Shown piece after piece: positions 24,349 to 37,916 of a stretch of 64,000 nucleotides of DNA. The notes beneath the pieces are model-generated. The model was not told where the DNA came from. It did not search any database and saw nothing but the letters and a program-made list of their open reading frames with translations. The position numbers were made by a program, and so were the translations under genes. Each line of letters begins with the position of its first letter. Position 1 is the first letter of the stretch. Origin of the DNA: Octopus sinensis (taxonomy: Eukaryota); contig NC_043005.1 of NCBI RefSeq assembly GCF_006345805.1, positions 72,664,001 through 72,728,000 on the forward strand, read 5' to 3'.

Positions 24349-26659
24349 ACTGCTCTACATCTTAGAGTGTGCTTAGGAATTGTGTTTTTTACAGACAATG
24401 TGTGTGTGTGTGTGTGTGTCTTTGTATCTGTGTTTGTTTCTCACCATCACTTAAGAAAAGGTGTTAGTGTGTGTATGTCCTTGTAACTTAGTAGTCTAGC
24501 AAAAGAGACCAGTTGAATAAGTACCAGACTTTAAAAAAATATGAGTACTGAGATCAATCCAACTAAAATTCTTCTAGGCAGTGCCCCAGCATGGCCACAG
24601 CCTGATAAATGACACAAGTAAACGAATAAAAGAATATATATTACGCCTGAAGAGGAAAAGACCAAATTTTTGATGTAGGCATATATGTACAATGTATATA
24701 AAACATATTACTAAGCAGACAGCAGTCAAAAGATTTAAGCTGTCTTTTCTGAATGAAAAATGAATGAATTCATAATTTTGGGCAACAGCAACAGACTGGA
24801 CAATCTAATTTTTTTGTTTTGTTTCTGTTCTTTTTTTTTTTGTATTATTTCCTTAAGCCTAAAAAGCTACAGAAAGTCGAGAGATCTATTGTGTAGTGTC
24901 TTTGATATCAGATGTTTCTCATAATGTTACACACTACACATTGTTTAGCTGCTGCAGCTGTCAGGTAGGCTTAATGTAAAACTATCAATATTCTTCGAAT
25001 CTTCCACTAATATGAACTGACCAGTTGTTGTGGTTTAGCCCAAGATCATGTCAGATTAAGCAGAAATATGATCAAGTACATTCCAACCATGCCTATCCTG
25101 ACTTTTTGTGGTATATAGGATCTTGTAGTGGCTCATTATTCAACGTGTCCTTCAATTTGCAAAGATGGCAGGGTGAGATTTGACTATTCTTTCTTGTAGA
25201 TAAGCTTCCAGTTTTCTTTTGTGAATGTATTTCTGTTCTAATACACTTTATATGTCTTCATCAGTACTAAATTAACCATTAAGCTAAATAAGCATGTGCT
25301 TAGGGCTTCACAGGAAGCACAGGAACCACAGAAATGGTAAATAGTTCATGGAACAAAAGAAATCACTTTAAATCTGCTAAAATAATATTGAGGATGCCTT
25401 ATCTCTACTAAGTAGAGAAGCAGATGTGTTACATAAGATTAATTTTGAGGATCTAATCAAAGACTTTGTAATTAAAGAAAGAAAGAGAAAACATTTCAAA
25501 TATAGATAAAGAGAAAGTATACAAAAATAGACATTTTTTAACATCTTACTCTTAGTTTTGTTTCATTGTGTAAAATACAAATTTATTTCATGGTTTATTA
25601 TTGTTTATATTTAGAATTACATATATATGGGGGCACCAAAATCTTTTAAGTGCTTAAGGCCTCTATGGGTCTTATCCAGCCCTAGTCTTCTTGTATGCTA
25701 TAAGTGAAGGATACATCCATGCTTATATATATATATATATATATACATACATATATATATATATATATATTTTTTTTACCGAATATGGTCCTTTTCCATG
25801 CCAAAATTCTACTAGGTGAAATTTGTTGATTTTATTAAATTAATTATATTTCATCCTATATCTGTAATGTATATATATATATAAAGATGAGAATGCCTGT
25901 CTGTGTGAATCTCTAAAACTTAAGAACTACTCAACCGATTTCATTTAAATTTTTCACATGACTTACAGTGTCATGGGCCAAAAAAAATTTTCAACTTCTT
26001 GCCTAATACGAGCCCAGAGCAATCTCTTATCTCTTACACTATTTCAGTATTGCGTGTCAAAAGTGAAACAACATCTCTCTTGGAGTGGTTGGCATTAGGA
26101 AGGGCATCCAGCTGTAGAAACTCTGCCAGATCAGATTGGAGCCTGGTGCAGCCATCTGGCTCACCAGTCCTCAGTCAAACCATCCAACCCATGCCAGCAT
26201 GGAAGTGGATATTAAATGATGATGATCATCATGATGTTTGAGCATGAAAGTATAAGTAATTCTGAATGTATGTAGCCATGTGATATATGTGCAATGTATG
26301 CACATGGCTGCAACTTCTTAAATTCTCCAATGCTCTCCTATGTGCATACTGACATAGACTGACATTTCTAAGCTAATAAATCTATAATATATAATTTCTG
26401 TTAGAGCAACTTCCAGATTATGCTAGACTCTGGATATAAAAGATACTATTAGTTTAAACCAGTAGTATCTTTTTATATCATATTCTTTAAAAGTCGAACC
26501 AGAAAAAAGAAGTAGTTATTTCTGTCAATGGTATTGATAGATTTAGTTTCATTGATATTATTACTACATTTGTTTCGCCTTTTGTATTCAAATTATTTTA
26601 CTGCTCTTGCAGCATCAAGGAAAAATATTGCATTGCATTCTATATCTTTTATTTTTGAC

Positions 26660-27266
26660 GTTTTATTTGTTTTAGTCATTAAATTGTGGTCATGCTGGGG
26701 CACCGCATTAGTGGAATGTATCTACCCATGTGCTTATTATTTTAAAGCCTGGTGCTTATTCTATCAGTCTATTTTACCAAACTGCTACGCTATGGGTGCA
26801 TAAACACACCTGCACCAGTTGTCATGCAATGGTAGTGGCAGTGGTGGGGAACAAACACAGATATAAATACATACACACATACATGTTTATATACGATGGG
26901 TTTCTTTCCTTTTCTGTCTACCAAATCCACTCACAAGGCTTTAGTTGGCCTGAGGCTATAGAAGAATACATGCAGTGGGACAGAACCCTGAACCATGTGG
27001 CTGGAAAGCAATCTTCTTACCACACAGCTTCGCCTGCACCTAAATTCTTTACTCTCTTTCTTTTACTCTTTTACTTGTTTCAGTCATTTGACTGTGGCCA
27101 GGCTGGAGCACTGCCTTTAGTCAAACAAATCGCCCCCAGGACTTATTCTTTGTAAGCCTAGTAATTAGTCTATCTGTCTCTTTTGCCAAATCGCTAAGTT
27201 ACGGGGACGTAAACACACCAGCATCAGTTGTCAAGCAAGGTTGGGAGGACAAACACAGACACACAA

Positions 27267-27307
<41 letters not shown>

Positions 27308-27471
27308 CTATGGGCTTCTTTCAGTTTCCGTCTACCAAATCCACTCACAAGGCTTTGGTTGGCCTGAGGCTATAGAAGAATACACTTGTTCAAGGTGTCA
27401 TGCAGTGGGACTAAACCCTGAACCATGTTGTTGGAAAGCAAACTTCTTACCACACAGCCTCGCCTGCACCT
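26660..27471 (-). mobile_element. Two tandem SINE family A copies (26660-27041, 27046-27471)
   Basis: Each ends on + with ttaccacacagc(c/t)tcgcctgcaccta and carries the family A body. Confidence 0.85.
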
Positions 27472-28215
27472 ATGTATATATATATATATATATTATATAT
27501 ATATATCCAGGAGTGGGTATCCATTGCAGGCTCAATTGTGGTCAGCATTTGTGAGGGACTTGGTGAACTCATTGGTCAGAGCCAGTTCAACCCATTCCTG
27601 GTGAATACCACCATAAGTATATGTATGAAGTGTACATGCAACTTAAGACTGTTTAGGTTGGGCACTGACTGTGATTTAAAAAGCTTCTGTTATTTCATTC
27701 GTTTTGGATGACCCGGCAGTTACTCTCTTGAGGTCAACAAAACAAGCATTAAACTGCAGTTGATATCCGCATGAAAAGAAAATGGACATTAGTAAAACCT
27801 CCTTGAAGATGATTTTGTTGTATGTGTATGTGTTTAATGACTAAAACCTGTAAAAGAATATAAGTACTTGAATAATGAGTTTTGCAGCTTTATTTTTATT
27901 TTTATCTAGTATCAACAATTGTCATGATGCTCTGCGAACATCCATGATATAACAAAGCATTTATATATTTTAAGAGAGAGAGAGAGATTCTCAATCAATG
28001 TCTGGAATCTTCTTAACATTGAATATTTAATATCTGAAATGATAGCGATAAAAATCAATTTGAAGTCTACTTCTTCATGGAGCAAGTATGTAGCTGTAAA
28101 AATAGCAAAAATCTGTCTGAAGATGATAGATATTAGACCAGTTCTTGGTGTCAGTTTTAGTCATTCTTTTAGGATCATTGAAATACAGTAGCACTAATTT
28201 AAATAGATCTTTAAT

Positions 28216-28612
28216 CTTCTTTTACTTGTTTCAGTCATTGGATTGTGGCCATGCTGGGGCATTGCTTTGAAAGATTTTAGTCAAAGAAATCTACCTTAGT
28301 AGTTGATTTTAAGTTTGGTATTTATTCTATCTGGTTTTTCTTTTGTTTGGTTTTGGATTTTTTTTTTTGCTGGGCTGCTAAGTTACCCAGATGTAAACAA
28401 ATCAACACCTGTTGTCAAGTGTGGGGTGGTGACAAGCACATATATACTATGGGCTTCCACACAGTTTTTATCTACGAAATCCACTCACAAGGCATTAGTC
28501 AATTAAGGACTACAAGTAGAAGACATTTGCCCAAGGTGTTGTGCAGTTGGGCTGAACCCAAAACCACATGACAGCCAAATGTGTTCCTTAACCACACAGT
28601 CATGTTTGAGCC
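28216..28612 (-). mobile_element. SINE family A, diverged
   Basis: ttttacttgtttcagtcatt...aaatccactcacaaggc...gcccaaggtg...aaccacacag. Confidence 0.8.
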
Positions 28613-29463
28613 CATATTAAAAAAAAAAAATTCTGCAGTTTGGTCAAAGGGATAAAAGGCAAAACCCCAAATTTTTTTACTGCTGCTTCCTACACTAAGA
28701 TGGCAGTGTTAACCCATTTAATGGTTTCTGTCTCCCACAAAATAGCTTTGACCCTTTTGCATTTAAGGTGGTCATATCTGACCCAAATATGCAACCTATT
28801 TTATGTTCAAACAAACCACATCTTGCCTATTACACCTACCCATCAATGCTATTATAAAATACACGATCCCATCATAAAAATTCCAAAGCTACAAAATAAT
28901 GCATGATTAATTAAAAACAATGGGCATGAAAAATCATTACATTCGACCGAGTAATCTGAATGCTAAAGGAGTAATCTCAGTGCCACTTGTTAGAATTGCA
29001 ATTTTTCTTCACGGATATTTTCCCATCATACATCATAACACTCTTATAATAGTACGGAAAAGAAAATGTCTTAATAATTTCATATCTACTTTGAAACAGC
29101 TTTCAAAGAAATAGTTCCTTTGTTACTCGAAATGTGTAAAAATTAATTGAGTATTGCAAAGAAATAATTTTAAAACAATTTCTCAAGAATCAAGCTAAGC
29201 AGTAGTTGTACTTATTCGTTTTGTCTGACATGCATTTTGTCAACATATTTAAAATCCATCCAATTTAATAACTGGATGGATGTTATTGTATATGATATTG
29301 AAAGTATGTTAATCCCCCTGAATAATAAGATCTAAATCCCAGAAGGATTTTACATAGAAATGTAAAATAAACATGAAACATACAATGCCATAGAGAGGAA
29401 TACTACCTGCCTTCAGTGTAATAACTTTAGCAGATATTGAGTGAAGCATATCACAATACCCAG

Positions 29464-29494
<31 letters not shown>

Positions 29495-30222
29495 AATAGC
29501 TTCTAAGCTTATGTAGAGTAATGAATTTCTGTGCTGGATACTTTAATGGAAATTTGATGGAATTATTTCATGCTGTAGTAACTTGACTATCACAAGAAAT
29601 TGTTGTTTTAGGCGAAGTTACAAGCTTTATATATAAACTCTCAGTATTGATCTTAACTAGATACATTTATGATACCACACGCTACTAAATAGTTGTCATT
29701 TTGTGCAGACCACACATTAGCATGATGAATATCATTTGCTAGTTCGCATTAAAATTAGCATTATTATTTTTTATTTCAAAGTTTGTTTCCATAATGTCTA
29801 AACTACAAAATAGCCTTTTTTTCCTGAAAAATTTGATTTGACTGTGGGTGAAATATTGAAACATATCATTAAGGTAGGGCACCACCTTGTCAACATGAAT
29901 TTATTTGACTGTGGTAAAGGTTAAGCATTATAAATGAGGTAATTGAAGGCACTGTGAACCTTCAAATGTGCTAAGCAAGCATAACTCCAAATAATCCAGC
30001 GTTATACAATACCTGACATCTCTGTTTAGTAATATGCCTCCTGGTTAATCGAAATTAAATAATTATATTTGGCATTCAATAAAAAGTTTTATTGATATAT
30101 TTCAATCATATAAGCAGGCCTACCAGTATGTACAGACATAAAAATATGCTGTTAAATACACACATATACCTACAGATGTGCTCCAGCATGACCACAACCA
30201 TGTGGGTGAAACACATAAAAGA

Positions 30223-30336
30223 AATATATATATATATATAATATAAATATATATATATATAAATATATATATATAATATATATATATACATATACGTATA
30301 TATACATATATATATGTATATATGCATATATATATA

Positions 30337-30379
<43 letters not shown>

Positions 30380-30381
30380 GG

Positions 30382-30416
<35 letters not shown>

Positions 30417-31304
30417 ATGTATGTATGTAATTTCCATATTAGCAAATAGCACATTCCAAAAAGAAGTTTTCTACATTAGTCTACAGTGTGTCTGTAGGTT
30501 TGTTTATTTCAAAAAGAATTAGGTACTTTGTTTTTTTTCTATGTTAACAGAAGTGTGTTGGGTTAGTAAGTGACTGACTTAATATCAAAAAGCAAGGTCA
30601 TCAGACATACCATGATCAAAGGTTATTTTATATTAAATAAAACAAATTGCATAGAGTATAGCCAGAGATTTGGAATTAAATATATTTGATTTAAAATTAG
30701 ATATATATAAAATGGAATTAAATATACTTTATCATTAAAATTTTTTTAGTTATATTAATATTATATATATATATATACATATATATATATACCTATCATT
30801 TTTAATGAAATGTTAATATAGACCAAGAAGGATTATAGATATTAAATGTAGTCAATGACTAAATATTGAGAGCCAAGGTGTGTAGATAATGATCAATGAA
30901 CTGCAAAGGTCAATATATATTTTATACAACAAATTTGTTGCAGACAATAATTAAAATTTAACATACTCTTAATGAAAGCAAACTAATAATATTTTTTTGT
31001 TTAATTTCCAGATGCAAAAATACATTAAAAATTAATCTTCATTAAATTTTCAATTTCTATTTTCCTATCAGTATATTTAACGTGGTATGTTTATTATCTC
31101 CTGATATTTTATTTACTAGCTTACTATTCACACAAACACACACACACACATACACACATAGATATATATACATGCATATATAACTGAATGTGTGTGTATA
31201 TATTTCTATATAAATATACATACATATTTATATATAATATGTGTTTATATATATTATATATATATTTCATATATATATATATATAATATATATATATAAT
31301 ACAT

Positions 31305-31338
<34 letters not shown>

Positions 31339-31467
31339 ATACATATATATATATATATACATATATATACATATATATATATACACACATAAATATATAT
31401 ATATATTACATATATAAATATATATATATATATATATAATTATATATATATATATATATATAAACAA

Positions 31468-31506
<39 letters not shown>

Positions 31507-31507
31507 A

Positions 31508-31567
<60 letters not shown>

Positions 31568-31641
31568 ATATATATATATATAATATATATATATAATATA
31601 TATATATATATACGTATATATATATATACACACACATAAAT

Positions 31642-31683
<42 letters not shown>

Positions 31684-31700
31684 TTGTATATGTATATATG
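30223..31700. repeat. Long (TA)n/(CA)n microsatellite blocks (30223-30425, 31135-31700)
   Basis: Directly visible. Confidence 0.9.
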
Positions 31701-32525
31701 CATATTTTTTACTTCCATATCACAATTTCATTTTCAGCTCTCTCTTATACTTTATCATAATTTATAATATTTCAGCTTGTTTTTTTTTCTTTCTTCAGCT
31801 CTCCAAAATTATTTCATTAATTTATGCAGGTGCAAATATAATTAATTAACTTGTGACAGCGTCAAATTTCAGAAGATTCCTGCTAATTGCCATATCTAAA
31901 TTATATTTTCTTTTGCTATTTTCCATGTGTCTGTCTACTCTACTTTGGTCTCTATTCTGCAACCCACTCTTTTCTTTTCTGTTTTCTATTTCTTTGTCCA
32001 TTTACAGTTGAATACACATTTAAGCTCACATTTATATGCGCATGTGTCTGTGTAAGTATAATATCATGCGCACATACATGCATACACACACTCACACACA
32101 CACATATATACATACATATTTGTAAATAGAATAGTAAGCTTTCTACATGGCCAATGCTAGTATACCATGACTGGCCCCTATGCTGGTGGTATGTAAAAAA
32201 CACCAGCCGAATGCAGCAGATGCAAGTATCCTCTGACTGGCTCCCATGCCAGTTGCATGTAAAAAGCACTACCTGAATGTGATTGATGCCAGGCTCACCC
32301 GACTGGCTCCTGTGCCAGTGGCACGTAAAAAGTACCCACTACACTCTCAGAGTGGTTGGGGTTAGGAAGGGCATCCAGCTGTAGAAACATTGCCAGATCA
32401 GATTGGAGCCTGGTGTGGCCGCTGGCTCTCCAGACCTCAGTTGAACTATGCAACCCATGCCAGCATGGAAAATGGATATTATACGATGATGATGATGTTG
32501 AAAACAGTCTAATATTAGCGCTTTT

Positions 32526-32581
<56 letters not shown>

Positions 32582-33952
32582 ATATATATATATGTATATA
32601 TATATATATGTATATATATAAGGCAATGAGCTGGGAGAATCATTAGCATACTAGGCAAAATGTTTAGTGGCATTTAGTTTGTCTTTATGTTCTTAGTTCA
32701 AATACCGCTAAGGTTGGCTTTGATTTTCTTCCTTTTAGTCTCAATAGAATAAGTACCAGTTGAGCACTGAGGTCGATATAATCAATATAATCGATTTACC
32801 CCTCCCCCGATATTGCTGGCCTTGTGCTAAAATTTGAAACCAATATTAGTGCATATAAACCCCCATAAAAAATATGGGTATTAGCACATTATTTCCATTA
32901 CAGTGATGTATGTCCTTATATAAAACTATATTCTATTGTCAATATGTAGAGTTATAATTCTATTTACAAAAAATTTAATTTGCCACTATTCACTAATTCA
33001 CACAAAATTCACATATTTATAAACACACATGCACACACACATACATACTACTAAATTCATACTTTGAGGTGTCAGCGGGATACCTCTTCACTGCTGTTTA
33101 TCTCTTTGGAGATACCACCAATTCACTCTCACTCTCTCTCTTCTAAATGTTAGCAGCCATACAGTAACTCTACAGCAAGAATCCTCCTTACACCCAACCT
33201 CTTCTCTCGTGACTTAACCCCCATCCAGCATTAAGACATGTTCACCCTCCTCAGATTTTGTAGATTTGTGAGCTGCATGGCAATAGTGCTAGTAGCATGG
33301 AAAAAGCACCCAGTAAGTTGGTTCATGTTCAGAAGGACATCCAACTGTAGAAACCCTGTGAAAGCAGACACTGAAGCTCAACTGGTTGGTGTTCAGAAGG
33401 GCATCCAGTTATAGAAACCATATGAAAGCAGACACACAAGCTCATCAGACCCTTGTGAAACCATTCAATCCATGCCAGCATGAAACATGGATATTAAAGG
33501 AGGATAATTAAGATATATAATCTAATGTACACAACAAACTTCTGTCCAGTTTCCATCCATTAATATTAATCATAAGGCAGCAAAGCAAGCTAGCAGAATT
33601 ATTAGCATACCAAGCAAAATGTTTGGTGGCTCTGAGTTCAATTTCTGCCAAGGTCCACTTTGCCTTTCGTTCATTCAACGTCAATAAAAGAAGTTCCAGT
33701 TGCAGTTGAACACTGAGGTCAATGTAATCAACTTACTTCAACCCCTAAAATTACTGGCCTTGTGCCAAAATCGGAAACCAGTATTAATCACATCCAGCAA
33801 AGGTTATAGAGGTAAGCATCTGACCAAAGTGCCACTCAGTATTATAGAACATGAAACTCCATGACTGTAAAGCAAAATTCTGAACTACACAGATATGCCT
33901 TCACCTCTGTATATAAACTTCCTGTGCGAATAAATAAATAAATAAATAAATG

Positions 33953-33989
<37 letters not shown>

Positions 33990-35449
33990 TCCAAATACAT
34001 ACATAAACATTGTACATTTCACATATTTATGAATGTGTCTTGTAGAAAATATACTGATGTCGGTTTTTAACTCAAATAAAATGAAATTCCTATCTCCTCC
34101 AAATTATAGTTACAAATTTAAGTTCCTTACATTTTGAGAAATTTGGTTATAATTGCTAAGTAAGTGATTTTTTTTTGTTTTGTATTTTTCTTTTTAATTT
34201 TAATATTTATTCTCTGTTCTCGCTTCTTTGATTATTGTATTGTACCAATTCTCCTGTAACAAATCTGAACTTGGACAAAACTAACAAACCATAGAAAACA
34301 TTGAAAACACACATGTACACACACACACACCAGATACATTTATGTGCATGCCACAACTGGAATCTTTTCTGAGAGTAAACACTAATCCTCTGAAGGTATG
34401 TATGCATACATGTGCGTGTATATGTCTGCCTGTCTGGCTGGGTGGCTGTCTGCTGACCATCTTTGTATTAATTTTTATGAGTTTTCTTTGAAAATTTTAT
34501 TGATAGAATTACTTTGAAAATTCTAACGAATCTTTTCAAGGAGAATAAAATTCTGATCTATTTTTTATTAATATATTTTGTTTTGTTTTTGTTTATTTCC
34601 TTCTGTGTATATTTATTTATAATTTTTACTGTTACCATTTCCTTCATGTTATCTAATTCAAAGCATTTAACTTAAATGCATTGTTTTTATGAGAAATTCT
34701 CTTTGGTGGAAGGCTGTTTAGAAAAGAGACTGTGTTTTGTAGGAAAACTGTTATTTTCTACAAAGACATCATCTCTTATTTTTATTATTATTATTGTTGT
34801 TGTTGTTGTTATAAAATTACATTAGCCATTTCCCTTATTCTTCTTACTGTTGTTGTGATAGTGGATGATTTGGAAAAAATTACCTGTTTCTTCCATACAA
34901 AGATTCTTGTTTGTTGGCAAACTCAAAGTGCTTTGTTCAGCAAGAATTGTTTAGTTTGTTAAAATATCTTGGAAGGAAAAAAAATATTTGAAGAGGAAGT
35001 ATTTTTATTAATGCAAAAAAAACGATAAATAAAACTAAAAAAATATAAAACACTCAGTAAACTTGCAAATGTAAAATTTTAATTTTTCATGCTTTAACGG
35101 TTTTTTTTTTAGTTTTTATTTTTTCTATTCTCTCTTAAAGTTAAAAATTAAATCTTCAATAATTCCTTTCAAATTTTGACCACCAATAACAAAAAGGGTA
35201 GCCTCTAAATGGCTAATAGCAACCAAATCAACCTCAAACCAGACAATACCATAATATAAAAAAAAGAAATGTGAAACATTGAATAATAGAGTCCATGGTA
35301 CATTGTGTCATTAAATATTTTTCATCATGGGTTTATTCAGTGAGGGCTGATTTGGGGATCAGGAAAAGAGGTACTGAAATAAAATGCAAATAAATGTTTC
35401 AACACATCTATATATTTATATTTATTTATGTTTTTTTTCTCTTTTACAG

Positions 35450-35685
35450 GTCCTGCAACAGGGAGTATACAAATTCTCCATATAGCTGTAGGGACATCTA
35501 TATCATCATTCTTCTGTATAATTTTGGTGATATGTGGATTTTATCATCGGAAAAAATTTGGCGACCGCAAGCCACCTGAACAAGATCATGTGGAAGTTCG
35601 TTATGTGTCCTCATCAGGATGTAATACAACTGACAGACTCCTAACACAGGAGAGCCCTAAGTGTCAAAGGATCTCTATTGTATGA
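35450..35685 (+). CDS. Probable last coding exon of a single-pass type I membrane protein (TM helix plus ~50-aa cytoplasmic tail with C-terminal PDZ-binding-like motif)
   Basis: Strong acceptor ttttttttctcttttacAG|G (AG 35448-35449), phase 1. Translation (G)PATGSIQILHIAVGTSISSFFCIILVICGFYHRKKFGDRKPPEQDHVEVRYVSSSGCNTTDRLLTQESPKCQRISIV*: ~24-aa hydrophobic stretch, basic stop-transfer HRKK, polar tail, terminal S-I-V. Sequence is non-repetitive. Family not recognised; upstream exons not found in window. Confidence 0.8.
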
Positions 35686-36343
35686 CTAATGTTAATGTTA
35701 GCTGTTACACAAAACCAACACGACAACCTTGTGATTGAATTCCACAGGATCTGGGCAGTGATTGCATTGGCAATGATGATGATGTTGGAAAGGAAGGTCG
35801 TTTACACTGATACCACTTCTGTTAATCTCCCTTTTACTTCAGACTTGGAGCTACTTCCAGCTAAACCTTTCAGAACAGCGAAAAATATAGCATTCGTGGT
35901 CAGTACTACTAACGTCAATGCCACCACCACCACCACCACCACCATCAATCAGGCCATCTGGTATACTATGTTATTATGTACTGGAATACTAAATACATCA
36001 ACAGTTTGTTGTACACAGGCTGTGAAAATGAAACTGGGCCATTTTTTTCATCAACATTGGCGTTGTGGACAATCACTTTCTTGTTGAAAAAATCCTATTA
36101 GTGGTGGACACTGCAGATATGAAAGAACATTTCAAACTAGCCAATCAAGATGTAGGCCATGTGACAAACCCCTACCCCCTTAAAATAAAAAAAAAGATAT
36201 CACAAAAGAGAGATAAAAACAGCAACAAAACTTCTTTTTTTTTTAATTATATGACTGCTTTTGTAGTCAATGACATTTCTGACTTCAACGAGAACAGAAG
36301 GGAAAAAGAATCAGGAGAAATGATATAGAAAACATTAAAATTG

Positions 36344-36388
<45 letters not shown>

Positions 36389-36586
36389 CATACACATACA
36401 CACACACACACAGATGTTATGTCTAACCACAATATTTGAAAGAGGAGAATATGTTAAACGATAACTGGGAATCAAAGTGAAAAATCAAAATTATATATAT
36501 ACATACATATAACATATATATAAACACATACATGTATGTATTATATGTATCCATGTCTGTGCTTGTATATATTCACATACACAAAT

Positions 36587-36644
<58 letters not shown>

Positions 36645-37150
36645 ATATGTATATGTAGATACTGTTATGCATCCACATATACATATATTTATATACATAC
36701 ACATTTTTTTTTTCTTTTAGAGCTACTCCAAATATGATGTTACTAAATTACGTCACCAATAGTTATAAGTAATTAACATATAAGTAAAAAAAAAAAAATG
36801 GTTAAAAAATGCAAAAAAAAAATCACATAAAAACAACCAATCATGAACTAACAATGCCAGCAATACTGACAGAGTTAGCGTACCATTAGCAAATTGTTGT
36901 TTCAAGTAATAATAGCGAGATTGTGTCAAGGGTACCACTTTTTTTTTTTACCATTGTTATTTCTTTGCTTAATCTTTCTTCTCTAGACTTGAACCTGTGG
37001 GCTAGCAGGCTGTTTCATCAGCTCAGCTAGAAAGTATTTTTGTTGTGTATATTTTTTTTAATTTATTATTATTATATTTAATTAAACTATTTGAAATTTT
37101 TAATTAAATCAATAAATAATAATAACAATGATGATGATGATTATGATGAC

Positions 37151-37197
<47 letters not shown>

Positions 37198-37882
37198 TAA
37201 TAATAATAATAAAATTGAAAAACTGAAAGAAAAAAAATTAGCAAAATCAAATGTGTAAACAAACTGGACATTTTGGCAACAAAAGAGTAAAAAATAACAA
37301 CAAAAAAACCCTAAAAGAATGAATTTATGTGTAAAAAAGTTTAGAAAATTGTTATGGAAATAAAATAGAAAAAGAAATGGTATGAAAGTAAGCATGTTAA
37401 AGATGTTTGCGGAATAGACAGACAGGTGAACAAAAAATATCTTGACTGTATTGATTTGGCTGTTTTGCAAATCCATTATCATTTGTTTACATATGAATGA
37501 ATCTTTTATTCTGTATTGTATGTGAGTGTGTATGAGTGTGTGTGTATGTGCAAGTATGTGTTTGTTTGTGGGCATATGTGGTTGCTAGCATGTATGTGTT
37601 GTGTGTGTGTGTGCACTAACCAGTTAACATTCAAAGTTATTTGTGGTACTGTACAGGATTTTTCCCATTTGTATCCTTGTGAGCATTCAGATATTTGCCC
37701 CCGCCACCTCTTATTTTTTTTTTTTTTGTATACACAAACTTCTGATTTTTCTCTCAGTCAATCACAGCCTCCTCCTCTTCCTCATTCTCCTCCTACTTTT
37801 CTGTTCCCCATATTCTCGAAGGAAAACAAGCAAACTGAAATGCTATAAACAAAAATTTCCTCCCCACCAAGAAACAAACATG

Positions 37883-37916
<34 letters not shown>

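Noticed and set aside
24644-24680. CTGAAGA-gg...cc hammerhead-like string
   Set aside because: GAAA missing and stems I and III not formed.
34334-34401. CAG|...AAG|GTATGT candidate exon upstream of the TM exon
   Set aside because: No polypyrimidine tract (preceded by (CA)n), and the frame matching phase 1 contains stops.
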